From an uncultured Thermomicrobiales bacterium (GTDB lineage: Bacteria; Chloroflexota; Chloroflexia; Thermomicrobiales; UBA6265), in the NCBI GenBank assembly GCA_902806375.1, contig CADCWK010000123.1:1-32322 (forward strand): a stretch of 32,322 nt of DNA, in the 5' to 3' direction. Shown piece after piece: positions 28,556-32,322 of this stretch (its first letter is position 1; each line of letters starts with the position of its first letter). The translations under genes and the position numbers were made by a program. The notes below the pieces were generated by a model. The model was given only the letters and a program-made list of their open reading frames with translations. It did no database searches and was not told where the DNA came from.

Positions 28556-29013
28556 CCTCTCTCCTCGACGCCTACCCTATGGCATTCATCGACCGATGTC
28601 AATATATGAGCTGGCCCGTCGCTTACCCGATGCTCCCAGCCGTGGTGTGCACAGGCGTCGAGGGTGAGACAGTCGCACCGGAGACTCTCCTCCAGGACCC
28701 GGCGAACGGTCTGCATCCGGCTGATCAGCGCGTCGACTTCGGGGAGCTTGCGCCCGGCCATCTCCTGCCATCGCCTGGATGGCGGTGTCCCGTCCGGGAA
28801 ACCGCCGAGCAGTGTCCGGATCTCATCGAGGCGGAACCCGGCCTCCTGGGCCATCCGGACGAGCGCGATCCGGGTCAGCACGTCGCCGTCATAGCGACGC
28901 TGTCCACTGACACGTCTGGGAGACTCGAGGAGACCAACTTGCTCGTAGTATCGGATCGCTGAGGGTCGCAGTCCCGTGCGCCGCGCCACCTCGCCCACCG
29001 TCAACCCATCCAT
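28552..29013 (-). CDS. MerR-family transcriptional regulator with C-terminal C-x-C-x5-C cluster
   Basis: HTH LTVGEVARRTGLRPSAIRYYEQVGLL. C-terminal LRCDCLTLDACAHH resembles three of the four SoxR cluster cysteines. GGAGGG SD upstream of ATG 29013. The upstream 131 aa of the track ORF are antisense to the divergent gene and are rejected. Confidence 0.85.
   Translation of the reverse strand: MDGLTVGEVARRTGLRPSAIRYYEQVGLLESPRRVSGQRRYDGDVLTRIALVRMAQEAGFRLDEIRTLLGGFPDGTPPSRRWQEMAGRKLPEVDALISRMQTVRRVLEESLRCDCLTLDACAHHGWEHRVSDGPAHILTSVDECHRVGVEERG
28574..28605 (-). promoter_or_regulatory. Candidate arsR promoter (TTGACA-17-TAGGGT) overlapped by the operator repeat ATCGAC-CGAT-GTCAAT
   Basis: On the minus strand, TTGACA (28602..28597), a 17-nt spacer, then TAGGGT (28579..28574). 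This lies 19 nt upstream of the arsR ATG. The operator copy spans 28588..28605. Confidence 0.5.
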
Positions 29014-29035
29014 CCCCTGCCCTCCATCGACCCTC

Positions 29036-29066
29036 TTGACTTGAAGTCCGGTTGAAGTCGTAGTCT
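29036..29066 (+). promoter_or_regulatory. MerR-type promoter with 19-bp spacer driving the divergent 3-Cys gene
   Basis: TTGACT (29036..29041), a 19-nt spacer, then TAGTCT (29061..29066). The region contains the palindrome GACTTgAAGTC and a direct repeat of TTGAAGTC at an 11-nt period. Confidence 0.5.
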
Positions 29067-29115
29067 CGCGATGGTACTGGTTCCGATTCCACCGAGCACG
29101 GAAAGACAAGGGCAC

Positions 29116-29514
29116 ATGGACGATAACGGTCGAACGGGCGAGTTTGCCGCCGAGCTCGCGATCAAACGTATTCACGACGACCGATCGCCCCAGAGCGCGA
29201 CGAACGCGCTCCCCATCGCGTGCAGTCTCGATGACCGCGAGCTTGCCCTCCGATCTGAGACGGTCCGTCGCGACCTCTTCGCCCTGGCCGAGGATCGGCG
29301 CGAACTCCCCGATGGGTACGCGTTTCGGTTCGTAGGGAGCGACGACATCATGGCGAAGGTCAACGCCTTCGTCGCGACCGAGCGCCGCTGCTGTTCGTTC
29401 TTTCACATCGAAGTGGCGTTCGAGCCGGGTCTGGGACCGATCTGGCTACGCCTGACCGGTCCGGAGGGGGTGAAGCGATTCGTCGACGAGACGTTCGATC
29501 CCGGCGTCTTGTGA
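29116..29514 (+). CDS. Hypothetical 132-aa protein with a C...CC cysteine triad
   Basis: GC3 rises after ATG 29116, whereas the first 15 codons from ATG 29071 are GC3-poor. Conserved-looking IACSLDD and ERRCCSFFHIEV. I recognise no family. Confidence 0.6.
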   Translation: MDDNGRTGEFAAELAIKRIHDDRSPQSATNALPIACSLDDRELALRSETVRRDLFALAEDRRELPDGYAFRFVGSDDIMAKVNAFVATERRCCSFFHIEVAFEPGLGPIWLRLTGPEGVKRFVDETFDPGVL

Positions 29515-29546
29515 CTCTCTGAGTCGCGATGAAGCGGGCGCCGAAC

Positions 29547-29582
29547 CGGGTCGGGCTGAGGCCATCGAACCTCCCCGACCCG
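29547..29582. terminator. Hairpin between the convergent 3-Cys gene and orf126
   Basis: CGGGTCGGG / CCCGACCCG 9-bp stem with an 18-nt loop. Confidence 0.3.
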
Positions 29583-29633
29583 CGGACGGCAGCCCGGATG
29601 TATCAGGGGTTGGGACAAGCATGCCGGGCAGGT

Positions 29634-30014
29634 TCAGCCAGCGCCCGCAGCCTGGCACGACGGGACGGCCTCGTCCCGACCATTGGCGCCACCGGGCAGA
29701 TCGGCGAACAGCGCCGGGTCGGGCAGCGTGCCGTCCAGCCGGTCCCAGTTGCGGTCGGTGATCTCGGCGCTGTACTTGTCGGGGATGTAGTGGCGGTGGG
29801 CCATCGTCTGGAGCCCGAGGTGCATCAGCTGCCGCCCGTAGGGGATGTGGCGCAGGACGTTGGCGACGTGGATGTGGCGCTGGTGCGTGAAGCCGGGCAG
29901 CTCCCCGGCCAGGAACAGCCGGATCACGTTGGCGTAGCGGCGCTCCACCGTCAGCGACTCGATCGACCGCTTGGGCTTGCCACTGCGACTGAACTGGACC
30001 TCGACCTCAGACAT
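29634..30014 (-). CDS. Hypothetical His-rich 126-aa protein, last gene of the acr3 unit
   Basis: Very high GC3 throughout. GGGAG SD. The ATG overlaps the upstream metallophosphoesterase gene by 8 nt. Contains FTHQRHIHVANVLRHIPYG...MAHRHY. I recognise no family. Confidence 0.65.
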   Translation of the reverse strand: MSEVEVQFSRSGKPKRSIESLTVERRYANVIRLFLAGELPGFTHQRHIHVANVLRHIPYGRQLMHLGLQTMAHRHYIPDKYSAEITDRNWDRLDGTLPDPALFADLPGGANGRDEAVPSCQAAGAG

Positions 30015-30744
30015 GGGCTCCCGCCGTCTCCAGATCGCGGGCGTAGTGGTCCGGCAGCCCGTCGGCCTGCCGGATCGCCTCCGCCATCGCGTCGATATCG
30101 TAGTCCACCCGGTGGTACGTCACCCCGGGCTCCTGCCCGGCGGCAAGTGTCAGCAGGACCCAGCAGGCGCGTGGGTCGCCGTCCTTCGGCTTGCCAGCGC
30201 TCCCGGCGTTGACGAACAGGACATCGCCGACGTGCCGGGACCACGGGATGTGGGTGTGGCCGAAGACCAGGACGTCGCAGTCCGCGCTGGCGGCGATCCG
30301 TTCGAGCGACCGCTGGTCCCGGTCCGCGAACAGGTACTCGTTCATCCGGCGCGGGCTGCCATGCACCATCCGGACCCGGACTCCCTCGACGTCCAGGCGA
30401 ACCTCCGGGAGCAGTCCCTGCAGGTACGCCTTGCGGTCTGGGTCGACCACGCCGCGTGACCACTTCAGCGATCGCTGGCCGCGCTCGCGCTCACCGTCAT
30501 CCTTGTAGGCGCAACCACAGTCGTCCCGGTCGTAACCGACGCCGTCGTCGTAGTTGCCGATGACGGTCGGGATCGCCCGCGCGCGGACCAGGTCGATCGT
30601 CTCGTTGGGCCGCGCACCGTAGCCAACGAGATCGCCCAGGCAGTAGACGGCGTCCGGCGCCGCGACGTCGATGGCGTCCAGCGTCCGGGCCGTCGCGTCG
30701 CTGTTGCCGTGAACGTCACCGAAGATGGCGATCCGGGTCACCAT
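30007..30744 (-). CDS. Metallophosphoesterase (YfcE/MJ0936-like, Metallophos_2)
   Basis: Motifs IFGDVHGN, CLGDLVGYG, GNYDD and VFGHTH. It starts 3 nt after the stop of the small Cys-rich ORF. Confidence 0.9.
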   Translation of the reverse strand: MVTRIAIFGDVHGNSDATARTLDAIDVAAPDAVYCLGDLVGYGARPNETIDLVRARAIPTVIGNYDDGVGYDRDDCGCAYKDDGERERGQRSLKWSRGVVDPDRKAYLQGLLPEVRLDVEGVRVRMVHGSPRRMNEYLFADRDQRSLERIAASADCDVLVFGHTHIPWSRHVGDVLFVNAGSAGKPKDGDPRACWVLLTLAAGQEPGVTYHRVDYDIDAMAEAIRQADGLPDHYARDLETAGAHV

Positions 30745-30747
30745 GGC

Positions 30748-30990
30748 TCAGCAGGCCCCGCAGTCGCACGAGCCGGCCCGGATGCAGCAGAGGACGTGCC
30801 GGATCGCCAGCAACGGCACGAAGCCGCCAACCGTGCCCGTGGAGAGCGCCGTGACCGCGTTGGTGACACACGATTCCAGACCGGGAAACGACGCGCCATC
30901 GATTTCGACGAGAGCCGCCTGCCGGACCCGGTCGATCATCGACCGGCCGGCATCATCGGTCTGCTCAAAGGACGTTTCTGATCCATACAT
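30748..30990 (-). CDS. Small Cys-rich hypothetical protein (ends LCCIRAGSCDCGAC)
   Basis: High GC3 from the internal ATG (MIDRV...) onward. It lies 67 nt downstream of acr3 and is coupled to the phosphoesterase gene. The start is either 30990 or the ATG at 30939. Confidence 0.55.
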   Translation of the reverse strand: MYGSETSFEQTDDAGRSMIDRVRQAALVEIDGASFPGLESCVTNAVTALSTGTVGGFVPLLAIRHVLCCIRAGSCDCGAC

Positions 30991-31057
30991 GGCGATGGGA
31001 CCCTTTCAGGGGCTGGCACCCTCCAACGGGAGCCGCCTGGGCGTCAGTTCTGGCCCC

Positions 31058-32197
31058 CTATGTCAGACGCCGGCCGGCCGACGTGACGGGGATGACGGGC
31101 TCCGTCCCCGCGTCGGCAGGGAACAGCCGATCGCGGAGCCAGAGCGAGAGGTAGACGAGGGCGATCAGGGCCGGGACCTCGATCAGCGGCCCGACCACTC
31201 CAGCCAGTGCCTCGCCCGAGGTGATCCCGAAGACGCCGACCGCGACCGCGATCGCCAGCTCGAAGTTGTTGCCGGCCGCCGTGAAGGACAGCGCCGCGGT
31301 CTGCGGGTAGTCGAAGCCCAGCCGGTGGGAGACGACGAAGGCGAGCCCGAACATGATGACGAAGTAGACCAGGAGCGGGGCGGCGATCCGGAGCACGTCG
31401 AGTGGCAGCTCGATGATGCGGTCGCCCTGGAGCGAGAACATGATCACGATCGTGTAGAGCAGCCCGAGCAGCGCCGTCGGGCCTAGTCGCGGCATGAACC
31501 GGTTGTCGTACCAGTCGGCGCCCTTGCGGGGCCGCAGGATGCGCCGTGTCAGGAACCCGGCCACGAGCGGGATACCGAGGAAGATCAGCACGTTCCTGGC
31601 AATCGTCCAGATCGAGATGTCGACCGCCGACGACTCCGCGCCGAACCAGCCCGGCACGACCGTCAGGAGCAGCCAGCCGAAGACGCTGTACATCAGGATC
31701 TGGAAGACCGAATTGACCGCGACCAGCACGGCGGCCGTGTCGCCGTCGCCGCGGGCCAGCATGTTCCAGATCAGCACCATCGCGATGCAGCGGGCGATGC
31801 CGATCAGGATCAGCCCGTTGCGGTACTCGGGCTGGTCGGGCAGGAACAGCCAGGCCAGCCCGAACATCAGCAGGGGGCCGATCACCCAGTTGAAGACCAT
31901 GGAGGTCGCGAACAGTTTGCCCTGCGACTGGAACCGGCCGAGCGACTCGTAGCTGACCCGCGCCAGCACCGGGTACATCATCCAGAGCAGGCCGAGGGCG
32001 ATCGGCAGCGACACCCCGGCCACCTGGACGGCGTCGATCCGCTCACCCAGATCCGGAACGATCTGGCCGAGCAGGATCCCGAGACCCATCGCCGCGAAGA
32101 TCCAGACGGGCAGGAAGCGGTCGATCAGCGACAGCGTGGGCGGGCCGGCGCCCTCGCCGGCGATCGCCGGGGCAGCCTGGGGGGCGTGCGCCTGCAT
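31058..32197 (-). CDS. acr3: Arsenite/antimonite efflux transporter ACR3 (BART superfamily)
   Basis: LSLIDRFLPVWIFAAMGLGILLG, the ACR3-diagnostic IGIARCIAMVLIWN (conserved Cys) and ELAIAVAVGVFG. Ten hydrophobic helices. Confidence 0.93.
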   Translation of the reverse strand: MQAHAPQAAPAIAGEGAGPPTLSLIDRFLPVWIFAAMGLGILLGQIVPDLGERIDAVQVAGVSLPIALGLLWMMYPVLARVSYESLGRFQSQGKLFATSMVFNWVIGPLLMFGLAWLFLPDQPEYRNGLILIGIARCIAMVLIWNMLARGDGDTAAVLVAVNSVFQILMYSVFGWLLLTVVPGWFGAESSAVDISIWTIARNVLIFLGIPLVAGFLTRRILRPRKGADWYDNRFMPRLGPTALLGLLYTIVIMFSLQGDRIIELPLDVLRIAAPLLVYFVIMFGLAFVVSHRLGFDYPQTAALSFTAAGNNFELAIAVAVGVFGITSGEALAGVVGPLIEVPALIALVYLSLWLRDRLFPADAGTEPVIPVTSAGRRLT

Positions 32198-32281
32198 CCT
32201 ATCCGCCCCTCCCGGTGCGAACGATGTCCGCTGAGTCCGTGGCCGCCCTGGTCCTCATCGTGGTGCGCCTCCCGGCTCCTT

Positions 32282-32301
32282 GATATCGACGGCGATCTAT
32301 C
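32282..32301. promoter_or_regulatory. Weaker third copy of the operator-like motif upstream of acr3
   Basis: GATATCGACGGCGATCTATC shares the ATCGAC half-site, and 12 of 18 positions, with the 28129 and 28588 sites. It lies 85-104 nt upstream of the acr3 ATG. Confidence 0.25.
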
Positions 32302-32322
32302 TGTGCGACCAAAAAAAGCGTC

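Noticed and set aside
29071-29115. ATG 29071 as the start of the 3-Cys protein (147-aa version)
   Set aside because: The first 15 codons are GC3-poor compared with the rest of the gene. ATG 29071 also sits only 4 nt after the predicted -10 hexamer, so it would probably not be transcribed. ATG 29116 is preferred.
29014-29406. N-terminal 131 aa of the 284-aa ORF 28552..29406(-), which would make a large MerR fusion protein
   Set aside because: This part is antisense to the divergent 3-Cys gene and to the promoter region. The MerR HTH begins right after an internal ATG (29013) that has a GGAGGG SD, giving a normal 153-aa MerR.

Overview
High-GC window (about two-thirds G+C by eye), gene-dense, with strong GGAGG-type ribosome-binding sites. 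It looks like Chloroflexi/Thermomicrobia-like or actinobacterial chromosome. I found no rRNA, tRNA, CRISPR array, transposase or integrase. Left to right: (1) a partial DarA-like c-di-AMP receptor gene, a membrane GAF sensor histidine kinase, an IMPase-family gene and the t6A cluster tsaB-rimI-tsaD, all on the minus strand. (2) A UgpAE-like sugar/glycerophosphodiester ABC permease pair, followed by three diverged tandem Tat-signal substrate-binding-protein paralogs. Each paralog has its own terminator hairpin, and a decayed 3' relic of a further copy lies between the second and third. The cognate-type ATPase sits about 6 kb away. (3) A lone class-F-like sortase, thrC-thrB, ppa, a PfkB sugar kinase, the ABC ATPase, hsp20, a gene-poor stretch with a ribbon-helix-helix ORF, and ktrAB. 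(4) The most interesting part is 25.3-32.3 kb, a non-canonical metalloid (As/Sb-type) island. One minus-strand unit is merR-arsR-flavoprotein-MFS. The second is acr3, a small Cys-rich ORF, a metallophosphoesterase and an unknown ORF. A 3-Cys protein is transcribed divergently from a MerR-type promoter with a 19-bp spacer. Three unrelated proteins in the island carry vicinal Cys-Cys motifs. A repeated ATCGAC-N4-GTCGAT operator-like site is present, and no arsC, arsA or arsD is visible. Many long ORFs in the track are antisense shadows typical of high-GC DNA and are not called.
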